NCBI GenBank assembly: GCA_016296675.1
Contig: JAEDIV010000001.1
Coordinates: forward strand, 1-55,944
DNA from: Clostridia bacterium
GTDB lineage: Bacteria; Bacillota; Clostridia; Christensenellales; Aristaeellaceae
DNA length: 55,944 nt
Direction of reading: 5' to 3'
Shown one piece after another: positions 8,353 through 16,411 of the stretch. The position numbers and the translations under genes were made by a program. How positions within the stretch are numbered: the first letter of the stretch is position 1; every line of letters starts with the position of its first letter. The notes under the pieces are model-generated. The model worked only from the letters and a program-made list of their open reading frames with translations. It did not search any database and had not been told where the DNA came from.

Positions 8353-9660
8353 ATGCCGAAGGACGCAATCCGCGATCTGTTTGATTCCGTTTCTCCGGAT
8401 GCTTCAATCGTCCTCAATACGGAAAAAGAGATCAGAAATATGATAGAAAGAAAAAACGACAACAGGCGCATCCCCCTGAAAGCCGCCGTCATCGCCCTCG
8501 CCGCCTGCCTCATCTTGACTGGCACTGCGCTGGCCTTGAATGCATCGGGCATCCTCGAAAGGCTTTTCCCGAACGGGAACATCAGTAAGCAGGCAAAGGA
8601 CAGCATCGTCATAAATGCCGCGCAGGCAACTAAAAACGGCATCACTTTGAACCTTGATGAATACCTGATCGACCAGAACACCATGCACCTTGGCTGGACG
8701 GTAAGCTCCGAGCGCGACAGGGATGTGTTCTACACCACTTCATACGAACTCAATTACACAAATCCTGCTGATGAACTCCTTGCTGAAAACAGCATCGGCG
8801 GCCACTATGGTTCCACCTCTTCCATTGATGTCGGAAACGACATGATGGTGCATCTTTCAAAAGACGCCCCTATATATTCAGGCTTCACCGATTATGGCTA
8901 TAACGGAGGCCTTACGTCGCCCATTCAGGCCAAAGTCATCGTCCAAGCGTATGAAACTGACTACGAGATTGCTGAAATCGTTCAGGTTATGGATCTGTAT
9001 GAACCAGGCAGCGAAATTGTCAAAAACCTTGAAAAAGAAAAAAAAGTGGCGGTCGATGCGCTTCACAGATCGACCATCAGCGGATACAGCGCGTTTATCG
9101 AAGCGCGTGGCAAGCGCCTGAAGGAAGGCATGGATATCGATGAAGCGTCTGAGCTTGCCCTTGTCGAATCCGGCGTATTCCGTAAGGTTGCCGTCCTCGA
9201 AGTAAACGTCACCATTCAGCCCGGTCAGACGCCCGTTTCCCGCTACTCGCTCTCCGAGCCCCTGGTGTTTGAGCTTCCCGGAAAAACCGTCGTCCTGAAA
9301 ACGCTCGCCATTGATTCCGCGTCTACCATCATTGAGTACGACGTCATCACAGATGCAAACGCAAGTTCCATTCTGAAAGACGGCCTTTACTACATCCTCT
9401 TTGATCAGAACGGAATTCCCTTAACCGGCGATTGCTCCATCGGTATGGAGGGCGGAGAGAAAGAGCCGCTTTCAAGCGGCAAACGCGCATGGAACATCGT
9501 CCACAGCGGTAATCCGATTCCTGAAGACGTAAATGCAATCACCTTCGTGCCCAAGGGAACGCTTGAACGTATGGAAATGGAAGCATCCAACGATTATTTC
9601 ATAAGGATTAAAGAAAACACAGATATAAATACGTGTTTTACGGTACATCTCACCGAATAA
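8353..9660 (+). CDS. putative anti-sigma factor, DUF4179-like, single-pass membrane protein
   Basis: 435-aa ORF starting 3 nt after the ECF sigma stop. Short cytoplasmic N-terminus, one TM (AAVIALAACLILTGTALA) and a large extracytoplasmic domain. Confidence 0.65.
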   Translation: MPKDAIRDLFDSVSPDASIVLNTEKEIRNMIERKNDNRRIPLKAAVIALAACLILTGTALALNASGILERLFPNGNISKQAKDSIVINAAQATKNGITLNLDEYLIDQNTMHLGWTVSSERDRDVFYTTSYELNYTNPADELLAENSIGGHYGSTSSIDVGNDMMVHLSKDAPIYSGFTDYGYNGGLTSPIQAKVIVQAYETDYEIAEIVQVMDLYEPGSEIVKNLEKEKKVAVDALHRSTISGYSAFIEARGKRLKEGMDIDEASELALVESGVFRKVAVLEVNVTIQPGQTPVSRYSLSEPLVFELPGKTVVLKTLAIDSASTIIEYDVITDANASSILKDGLYYILFDQNGIPLTGDCSIGMEGGEKEPLSSGKRAWNIVHSGNPIPEDVNAITFVPKGTLERMEMEASNDYFIRIKENTDINTCFTVHLTE

Positions 9661-9733
9661 TCATTCGTTAAAGAGCATGCTGCAGGAATCCTGTTTGCAG
9701 CTTAGCTGTGAGCAATTATTGTTTCAATCAATC

Positions 9734-9761
9734 GTAGGGCGGGGGCTTGCTCCCGCCCTAC
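9734..9761. repeat. REP-like palindromic unit (GTAGGGCGGG variant)
   Basis: GTAGGGCGGG-GGCTTGCT-CCCGCCCTAC: perfect 10-bp stem with an 8-nt loop. Confidence 0.8.
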
Positions 9762-9868
9762 CAATATTGCCGCATGAAACAGAATGGATTAAAACAGCAT
9801 TTTGTAGTGAATCATGAAAAGAAGCTGTTGCATATATCTGCAGCAGCCTCTTTTCGTCCGGGAATACA

Positions 9869-9958
9869 CGGGATGGGAAACCCATCCCCTACAAGGTTGG
9901 AAGCATCATTTATGTAAAAACGCCCAATCCTACCGTAGGGGACGGGTTTCCCGTCCCG
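9869..9958. repeat. REP-like inverted pair (core form)
   Basis: CGGGATGGGAAACCCATCCCCTACA (9869-9893) and GTAGGGGACGGGTTTCCCGTCCCG (9935-9958) face each other across a 41-nt spacer. Same architecture as 40929-41008, 43076-43148 and 47743-47815. Confidence 0.85.
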
Positions 9959-9980
9959 AAATCTTGTTTGTTGTGCCTTC

Positions 9981-10801
9981 TTATTCCGTTTTCTGTTTTC
10001 CAAATTCCTTCTCAAACATCTTCTTATACGGCATGAGCATGCCCTCGTTCATGGCGTTGCCCATTTTCGCTTTGATTTTGGGATTGGAAATCAGCGCACC
10101 GACCAGATACATTTTTGATCATCATCCCCTTTTTCTTCTGGGGGAAGTCGTACTGGCCGTGGGACTTAAAGAACTTATGATCCGCCTTCATGAAGTCCTG
10201 CATGAGATAGATGAGGTCTCTGAAAATCTTCATGCCGCCGACGCCGTAGAAGTTGGCAGGCTGAGTGAGCCTGTTTTGAAGGGCATAGGCGAGGGTTTTG
10301 GAAAGGCAGTCGATTTCGCCGTTCGGGTCGGTTTCGTCGGTGGCGACGCCTGACAGGAAGTTTCCGCCGACCTGAGCGCGGGCTTCGACGATGGTTCTTA
10401 CGTTTTCCTCTTTTGAATATGCGCCGCTGATCAGATAGCCCGTGTGCGCGCCCATGGTGACGGTTCTGTGACCGTTACAGAACTGGCGGTCGTCGTACAT
10501 TTTGAACCTTGCGCCCATCGAGTGGTCTCGGATGGCAAATGCGTACACGATCGCGTCCGCCGACTGGATGGTATTTCTCAAAAAATCGTCGAATTCGTCG
10601 GTGTACACGCATTTTCCGGTGGCCGCGCAGCCAAAACAGCCGAGGCATCCGCCGCGGATTTCGGTTTCCCAAAGATTCACCACGCGCACCTTAAAGGGCG
10701 ATACGGAGATGAAACGCTCAATCATTGCGTTCAGGGAAACGTCTTCCTTTTTCGCGTCCGTTACGAGGACAGCTTCCTTATCAATTGCAGAGAATGTTCA
10801 T
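9981..10801 (-). pseudogene. flavodoxin-like / NAD(P)H-dependent FMN reductase-like gene with two frameshifts at A-runs
   Basis: The central ORF (10024-10725) has CLGCFGC and flavodoxin-fold features. Its tail after ...KKKGMMIKN is low-complexity nonsense. The other frame from 10112 reads MYLVGALISNPKIKAKMGNAMNEGMLMPYKKMFEKEFGKQKTE* (stop 9981-9983), with the shift at the A5 run (10112-10116). Upstream, ATG 10801-10799 with a GGAAGA SD is out of frame with the in-frame beta-1-like segment AVLVTDAKK. Confidence 0.6.
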
Positions 10802-10822
10802 TTCTTCCGCTCTTCCTACGTC

Positions 10823-11398
10823 TTATTCGGGCTTGGTTTCAAGGGAAAGCGGATAGTCGCCCAGCTTATTGACCTTAAAGCCGTTCTTTTTGTATTCCTC
10901 GTAGTCGAACGCTTCCAGTTCGTCGATGGCGAGCTTATGGAATTCATAGAAGTTATGCCACCACTCATAGCCCGTTCCGAGGTCGGCGTTTAAGTATGCG
11001 TCCGCAATGTCGCAGCCCATCTGCGGCGCTACGTAGAACGCGCCCATAGCCAGCACGTTTACGCCGTTTCCGGTGATGGCGCGAAGGGCGGCGGGAACGG
11101 ACTCGACTACGCCTGCGTGCACATGGGGGCACTTGCTGGCGGCGATGTGAATGCCCATGCCGGTTCCGCAGAAGAGAAGAGCGCGGTCAAATTCGCCTTC
11201 TGAGATGCACGCGCCGACCCTTAAGCCCACTCTGTGGAACATCAGATCCGTGTTTTCCTTGTCCTGATCGGGCGCGGTCACGCCAAGATCGGTGATCTCC
11301 CAGCCCTTTTTCTTAAGATGCGCAACGACCGCTTCCTTGAGGGGAAATCCCGCAAAGTCCGCGCCGACTACCAGCTGCTTGTTTTTAACCGTCTTCAT
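10823..11398 (-). CDS. RpiB/LacA/LacB family sugar-phosphate isomerase with a C-terminal extension
   Basis: 191-aa ORF. LLFCGTGMGIHIAASK contains the family's catalytic-Cys motif. About 45 extra C-terminal residues compared with the ~150-aa RpiB I recall. Confidence 0.8.
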   Translation of the reverse strand: MKTVKNKQLVVGADFAGFPLKEAVVAHLKKKGWEITDLGVTAPDQDKENTDLMFHRVGLRVGACISEGEFDRALLFCGTGMGIHIAASKCPHVHAGVVESVPAALRAITGNGVNVLAMGAFYVAPQMGCDIADAYLNADLGTGYEWWHNFYEFHKLAIDELEAFDYEEYKKNGFKVNKLGDYPLSLETKPE

Positions 11399-11417
11399 AT
11401 TGTTCTTCCTCCCAAAT

Positions 11418-13964
11418 TTATTTTTCCAAAGGAACGTGAATCATGTGCGTTCCGTGTGTCCAGGTTCGTGTTTCACCCATGAATTCCGCGTGGCAGGTTG
11501 TTCCGAAGGGAACGTCCACATACAGATGGGCTTCACCGTAGCGTTTGGTCCAGCGCACGTTTATGCGGCCATAACGCGTGTCAATTCCGGCCTGCGCGCT
11601 TAAAAGCTTTTCGGGCATGAAGGGCTTGACGGTGAAGGTTTCATAGCCCCCATTCTCCGGATATACGCCGGCAATGTATTTATACAGGAACGATCCTGCC
11701 GCGCCGTACATCGGATGGTTGTGCGAATTCATGCCGGGATTTTTCTTAAGCTCAAACCTTTCCCAAACCGTCGTGGCCTCATGCTGGCGCATGAAGCCGA
11801 AGGAGGGGTATTCCTCTCGGGTAAGCAGCTCATACGCCTCGTTGATATAGCCGTATTCACTCAGCATATCCAGCATGTATCTTGAACAGAGGTTTCCGGT
11901 CGTGAAGGCGTAATTCGCGTTCACAAGATCATCGCGCATCTTTTTTGCGGCGCGCGGCGCGTCGTTTTCGGGAATGATATTCAGCCACAAAGAGAATGCC
12001 TGACACGCCATAGAGCCCGTGGCCATGGATGCATTTTCCGCGTTATACCATTTTTTAAGCATGGAAGCCTTTACCTTTTCGGAGGTTTCCTCATGGTTTT
12101 GGGCTTCATCCTCCCTGTTTAAGAGCCGCGCCATCTGGGCAAGCGTTTTCAAATTGAAATACGAATAGCCCGTGGACATGAATTCACCGGGCGTGACGCA
12201 GGATTTCGCGCCGTCCTCGCCGCCCTCGCATGCATAGCCCGGACCGGCCCAGTCGCCGTAATAGGAATAAGTTACGATATAATCATCGCTCTTTGAAAGC
12301 AGATAGTTTTCCCACGCGCAGAAGGCAGGATAGGCTTCCCTGATCGTTTCAAGGTCATTAAAGTGGAGATACGACTGCATGCCCGCGACCAGAAAACTCG
12401 AGCAAACCGGATCCGCCGGGCGCGCGCCGAATACGAAGGGCGCGGTGCAGGTGATCGCGCCGTCCCCGCTCTGCACGTCCATCAGATCGCGCACAATTTT
12501 TTGAAACATCCCGGCGCAGTCGAAGTTATACGGCGTTTCCTCAAAGCGAACCGTCGCATCGTTCATCCACCCCATGCGCTCATCCCTTTGGGGGCAGTCG
12601 GTGAGGATGGAATGCATATTGTCGCGCTCGGTCATGAGAATCTGCTTCTGAAGCGCATTTAATTGCGCGCTGCCGGACACAAAGAAGCTGTCCGACTCCA
12701 GATCCGTGTGCAGAAGCACCGCTTCGATGCTGTCGTAATCGGGATCATAGCCGGCAACGGAAACATATCTGAAGCCGTGATAGGTGAAATCCGGCTGCCA
12801 GAGGGAAAGATCGCGCTCGTCGCCGCTTGCAATATAAACATCTTCGCACTTGGCCTTTCTGAGGGGAAGCGTGTAGAGCATGCCGTCTTCATCGAGCTCC
12901 TCCGCATGGACAAGCGTGATTTTCTGATCCTTTTTAAGATCCTTCAGCTTCATCCGGACAACGCCCGAAAGGTTCTGCCCGAAATCGATGATGGAAACGC
13001 CCTTTTTCGGATGCGAAATGGAAAGAGGCTTGTATACGCCCATTTCCCTGATCGGCGCAAGCGTCATAACGCGCATGCGTCCGCCGGGCGCGTCCGTAAA
13101 ACGCGCATTTTGAAAGCCGTCAAAGCCGGCCTTGTCCCAGCCAGTCTGCGCACTGTTTGCGTCATAGATTTCGCCGTCAAACAAATTCGACCGAACGGAC
13201 GCGCCCGTTCCTGCCTGCCAGGTTTCATCGGAATGAATTTCTTCGGTTTCGCCGTCTTCATATTCCACTTTGAGAATCAGAGAAAGCTGTCTTTTTCCGA
13301 AAAAGCGCACGGGCACATTCAGATCCTTGATCATGCCCGTGTTGTTGTCTCGCCAGCCGCCGCCGACACGCGCGCAAACAACATTCCTGCCCGGCAAAAT
13401 CGCTTTTTCAATTTCCGGATAAAACACATATTCCACTGATTTGGAATAGTCAGTGTGCGCGGGGTCAAGATAAGCGTTTCCGATTTTTTCGCCGTTTATC
13501 AGAATTTCGTGGTACCCCAGTCCTGCCGCATACATCCGCGCGGATTTTACGGGCTTATCCACCGAAAACTCGCGTCTGAAATACACCGTCGCTGCATCCG
13601 GCGCGCCGTCCATAACGATCCATCCGGCCGTCCAGTCGGTTGAGCCGATATAGAAATACTCCGCCTTTTCAAGGCTTTCGTTTCCAAAATCATCCTTGAC
13701 TGCCAGCGATATTTCAATTTTCTTCCCCTCGGGAAAACCAAAACACGGAACAAAGCACATCTGCTTTTTATCCGAAACAGCGCCGGAATCAAACAGCAAT
13801 TCGCCTTCCGCTTTCAGAACAAGACGGTATTCCGTCTGGAATGATCCTTCTGCGCCCTCTGCGCCCCACGACACTATGAGCGTCTTGCCGCCTTCGACTG
13901 TACGCGTGCGCGCGTCTCCTTTTAAAACCTTACGGTTTACCGCCAATTTTATGGGCTTAAACAA
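11418..13964 (-). CDS. alpha-L-rhamnosidase (GH78 family)
   Basis: Motifs VYFRREFSV...YAAGLGYHEILINGEKIG...DPAHTDY and DCPQRDERMGWMNDA are typical of bacterial rhamnosidases. I prefer TTG 13964 (7 nt after SD GGAGG) to the TTG at 13988 given by the ORF track. Confidence 0.85.
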   Translation of the reverse strand: MFKPIKLAVNRKVLKGDARTRTVEGGKTLIVSWGAEGAEGSFQTEYRLVLKAEGELLFDSGAVSDKKQMCFVPCFGFPEGKKIEISLAVKDDFGNESLEKAEYFYIGSTDWTAGWIVMDGAPDAATVYFRREFSVDKPVKSARMYAAGLGYHEILINGEKIGNAYLDPAHTDYSKSVEYVFYPEIEKAILPGRNVVCARVGGGWRDNNTGMIKDLNVPVRFFGKRQLSLILKVEYEDGETEEIHSDETWQAGTGASVRSNLFDGEIYDANSAQTGWDKAGFDGFQNARFTDAPGGRMRVMTLAPIREMGVYKPLSISHPKKGVSIIDFGQNLSGVVRMKLKDLKKDQKITLVHAEELDEDGMLYTLPLRKAKCEDVYIASGDERDLSLWQPDFTYHGFRYVSVAGYDPDYDSIEAVLLHTDLESDSFFVSGSAQLNALQKQILMTERDNMHSILTDCPQRDERMGWMNDATVRFEETPYNFDCAGMFQKIVRDLMDVQSGDGAITCTAPFVFGARPADPVCSSFLVAGMQSYLHFNDLETIREAYPAFCAWENYLLSKSDDYIVTYSYYGDWAGPGYACEGGEDGAKSCVTPGEFMSTGYSYFNLKTLAQMARLLNREDEAQNHEETSEKVKASMLKKWYNAENASMATGSMACQAFSLWLNIIPENDAPRAAKKMRDDLVNANYAFTTGNLCSRYMLDMLSEYGYINEAYELLTREEYPSFGFMRQHEATTVWERFELKKNPGMNSHNHPMYGAAGSFLYKYIAGVYPENGGYETFTVKPFMPEKLLSAQAGIDTRYGRINVRWTKRYGEAHLYVDVPFGTTCHAEFMGETRTWTHGTHMIHVPLEK

Positions 13965-14031
13965 AATTCTCGCCTCCTGACAGGGCAATGTGCAAACGCA
14001 AAACCATAAAGGAAGGTTTGCATTTAATCAT

Positions 14032-14060
14032 ATTATAACATACGCAGTATTGGATAGCAA
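14032..14060 (-). promoter_or_regulatory. sigma-A promoter for the rhamnosidase operon
   Basis: On the minus strand: TTGCTA (14060-14055), 17-nt spacer, TATAAT (14037-14032). Confidence 0.5.
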
Positions 14061-14129
14061 GAAAGATTTGTAAGTGCATAAAAAAACAGATTCCCATCGG
14101 AATCCATCAAATAACCTCTTCATTTTTCC

Positions 14130-14215
14130 AAAAATGAAATGACCCTTGATTGCTTCATTTTGCGATCTTCCTCTTTCTTCACAAAGTCCGATCATCCACA
14201 ATCAAGGGTCATTTC
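14130..14215 (-). terminator. long-stem terminator-like hairpin (minus strand)
   Basis: 17-bp perfect stem (14215-14199 pairs with 14152-14136) and a 46-nt loop. On the minus-strand RNA it is followed by A-UUUUU-GG (14135-14128). No U tract on the plus strand. Confidence 0.5.
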
Positions 14216-14338
14216 TGGTGGATCTTGATATCTAACATCTGTTTGTGTACCTCTCTTTCTTTGTATTTGACGAATCCTTTTTTCCGAATCCCTGCGATTC
14301 TCTTTTCTTCTTAACTTCTCTTTTGCAGATTTTTTCAT
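14192..14338 (-). CDS. speculative 48-aa highly basic small ORF
   Basis: ATG 14338, TGA 14194-14192. Sequence: MKKSAKEKLRRKENRRDSEKRIRQIQRKRGTQTDVRYQDPPEMTLDCG. Lies between a strong promoter and the hairpin. The SD (AAAGGA) abuts the ATG, which is poor spacing, so this may be non-coding. Confidence 0.2.
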   Translation of the reverse strand: MKKSAKEKLRRKENRRDSEKRIRQIQRKRGTQTDVRYQDPPEMTLDCG

Positions 14339-14414
14339 CCTTTTCAGAGAATCTCTTCGGTTGGTTCGTCTGGAGGAAGCTCTTTTTCTTTTTCTCTTCG
14401 CTCTCTGTGCTTAA

Positions 14415-14443
14415 ATTATACGGCAGATTTCCCTATTTTGCAA
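14415..14443 (-). promoter_or_regulatory. near-consensus sigma-A promoter (minus strand) with no annotated gene
   Basis: TTGCAA (14443-14438), 17-nt spacer, TATAAT (14420-14415). Confidence 0.5.
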
Positions 14444-14509
14444 CCCGGAATTTTATACAAAATTTTCATTATTAACATTGTGTAAACAGTAGATTCTTAA
14501 CGAAACATA

Positions 14510-14538
14510 TTGACGAATCAAAACAGATTTGCTATCAT
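14510..14538 (+). promoter_or_regulatory. candidate sigma-A promoter (plus strand)
   Basis: TTGACG (14510-14515), 17-nt spacer, TATCAT (14533-14538). Confidence 0.4.
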
Positions 14539-14548
14539 TATAGTGTTG

Positions 14549-14574
14549 GGCCTTAGAAAGAAGGCCTGTTTTTT
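14549..14574 (+). terminator. small terminator-like hairpin immediately after the 14510 promoter
   Basis: GGCCTT-AGAAAG-AAGGCC (14549-14566), then TGTTTTTT (14567-14574). Confidence 0.4.
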
Positions 14575-14757
14575 ATGTCATCCAGGCAATATCATGCTTT
14601 GTTTTTTATACACAGAATTTCAGCGCATCTTAAATCCGCAGGCATACGCAAGATTCGGATTATGCACTTTGAGGTTTTTGCCGCAAAATAAGTATACACG
14701 AAAACAGGAAAATGTGCTATACTTATTTTATTCACTCAGAAAACCGGAGGAACCACC

Positions 14758-15513
14758 ATGCATATCCTTTTAACCAATGACGACGGCATCCGCGCGGACG
14801 GAATTCTGCAATTGGCTGAGCTGGCGGTGAAAAAAGGCCATCGCGTGACCATCTGCGCGCCGGACAGCGAAAAAAGCGCATGCAGCCACTCCATCAGCAT
14901 CGTAAAACCCCTTCACGCAAAGGAATCCACGCTCTTCGGCATGCGTGCCATTGCAGTCGACGGAACGCCCACGGACTGCGCACGCCTCGGCATATTTCTA
15001 TTAAAGGACGACAAGCCTGACATCTGCATATCCGGCATCAACAGAGGCTCAAACCTCGGCGGCGCATGCGTCTATTCCGGAACTGTCGGCGCGGCGATGG
15101 AAGCGTCGATGGCCGGCTGCCCTGCGCTTGCATCGTCCCTTCGCTCCTTTTCCCAGACGGATTATTCTGCTGCTTGCGAAATCACACTGCGCGTCGCAGA
15201 ATGGGCGCTGAAACATCCGCTTATGCGCGGCGAAATCTATAATCTGAACGTGCCGCCGATTCCGCTTGACAAAATCAAGGGCGTAAAATCAACCCAGACG
15301 CTTGCCCCCGTATATCTTACGGAAGCCCGGTACGAATCCTACAAAAGCGAATACAACCACACCTATTATTTTCTCTGCGACGGCGAGGAATCCGCTCCCT
15401 ACCCCAAGGATTCGGACGATATCCTGAATGAAGACGGATGGGCGACCGTATCCGCCCTCACATGGGACATCGCCGTCAAGCGGGATGTTCCCATGTTCGA
15501 CGTTCAATTCTGA
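14758..15513 (+). CDS. surE: 5'/3'-nucleotidase SurE
   Basis: The N-terminal MHILLTNDDGIRADGI signature and GINRGSNLG motif are characteristic of SurE. SD CGGAGG. Confidence 0.9.
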   Translation: MHILLTNDDGIRADGILQLAELAVKKGHRVTICAPDSEKSACSHSISIVKPLHAKESTLFGMRAIAVDGTPTDCARLGIFLLKDDKPDICISGINRGSNLGGACVYSGTVGAAMEASMAGCPALASSLRSFSQTDYSAACEITLRVAEWALKHPLMRGEIYNLNVPPIPLDKIKGVKSTQTLAPVYLTEARYESYKSEYNHTYYFLCDGEESAPYPKDSDDILNEDGWATVSALTWDIAVKRDVPMFDVQF

Positions 15514-16304
15514 CCAAGAAAACCATCACACATAGAGATTCTTTTTTGAACATGCGCAATTGTGGCATGTTTGATCCGGGCGGAGAGCATTCCTTCTCCG
15601 CCCTCATTTTTTGTAAGAAGAGCCGTCTGGTCCAGCATATGAAGATACACATCCATCATGCGCTTAACCGCGTGATCCTGCGCCCCTGAAGAAACCGCCT
15701 CAGCCGTGCTTCTCTCCTTCCCAAGGTCATAAGCCAGAACCGACAAAAGCACGCACGCTTCCCGCCCGCTCAAATCCCCCCGGTCTATTCTCTTTGAGAT
15801 ATCCATCATCGATTTTTCCCATTGTGAAAATGCCCGAGCGGCAAATTCGGCTGCGTCAAGCACTGCCTGATCCGCCGTTACACGAAGGGTAACGCCCTTT
15901 GAAGAGACAATGATCACTTTCGCGTCCATCCCGCCTTTCGTGAGATGCGCTATCATTTTTTCAGCTTCGGTCTTAGAAAAATACACATTCCCGACCGAAT
16001 AATATCTGCCCTCCTTTTCAAAAAGATATCCTGCTGCTCCTCTTTGCATATTCCGCGCGGCATTCAGCCGGACCGTTTCCGGTTTATCACTTTCACACAG
16101 CGAAATGAGATAGTATTCCGCCTTTTCGATTTCAATCTCCCGCGTGCTTTTTGCATTCTTCGCAGTGCTGCTTTCGATTGCCTTTTCCGTTTGAACGCTC
16201 ACAGCCGAAAGATAAAACACGATGGAGAACACCAAAAATGCAATCACCAGCGCCGGAAAAGACGCCCTTTCGCGCCTGACCTTCACTCGCTTAAGGCTTC
16301 TCAT
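15504..16304 (-). CDS. membrane-anchored SPOR-domain-like protein
   Basis: Start at ATG 16304, which follows SD GGGAGG. TM segment FPALVIAFLVFSIVFYLSAV. The segment YYLISLCESDKPETVRLNAARNMQRGAAGYLFEKEGRYYSVGNVYFSKTEAEKMIAHLTKGGMDAKVI fits the SPOR beta-alpha-beta-beta pattern. Confidence 0.6.
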   Translation of the reverse strand: MRSLKRVKVRRERASFPALVIAFLVFSIVFYLSAVSVQTEKAIESSTAKNAKSTREIEIEKAEYYLISLCESDKPETVRLNAARNMQRGAAGYLFEKEGRYYSVGNVYFSKTEAEKMIAHLTKGGMDAKVIIVSSKGVTLRVTADQAVLDAAEFAARAFSQWEKSMMDISKRIDRGDLSGREACVLLSVLAYDLGKERSTAEAVSSGAQDHAVKRMMDVYLHMLDQTALLTKNEGGEGMLSARIKHATIAHVQKRISMCDGFLGQN

Positions 16305-16411
16305 CTGCCCGCCTCCCATATGAGATTTTTTATCAACGTCTGTCTTTTATCGTTGCGAAGACCATCTTTTTGCGCTATAATAGATTTATCATATTATGCG
16401 GAGGTGGCCTC

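Noticed and set aside
9734-9958. REP-like hairpins as a possible CRISPR array
   Set aside because: The units are palindromic, few in number, irregularly spaced and dispersed over 40 kb. There are no cas genes and no regular repeat-spacer periodicity.
9814-10353. 179-aa plus-strand ORF
   Set aside because: It starts inside REP-like repeats and runs antisense to the flavodoxin-like gene, with no motif support.
14191-14199. DnaA-box-like TCATCCACA
   Set aside because: A single near-match with one mismatch to TTATCCACA. There is no cluster of boxes, no AT-rich unwinding element arrangement and no dnaA/dnaN nearby, so this is not an origin.
14245-14475. 76-aa plus-strand ORF (Phe/Ser/Leu-rich)
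   Set aside because: It is the translation of a polypyrimidine tract, has a GTG start with no SD, and is opposed by a much better promoter/terminator pair on the minus strand.
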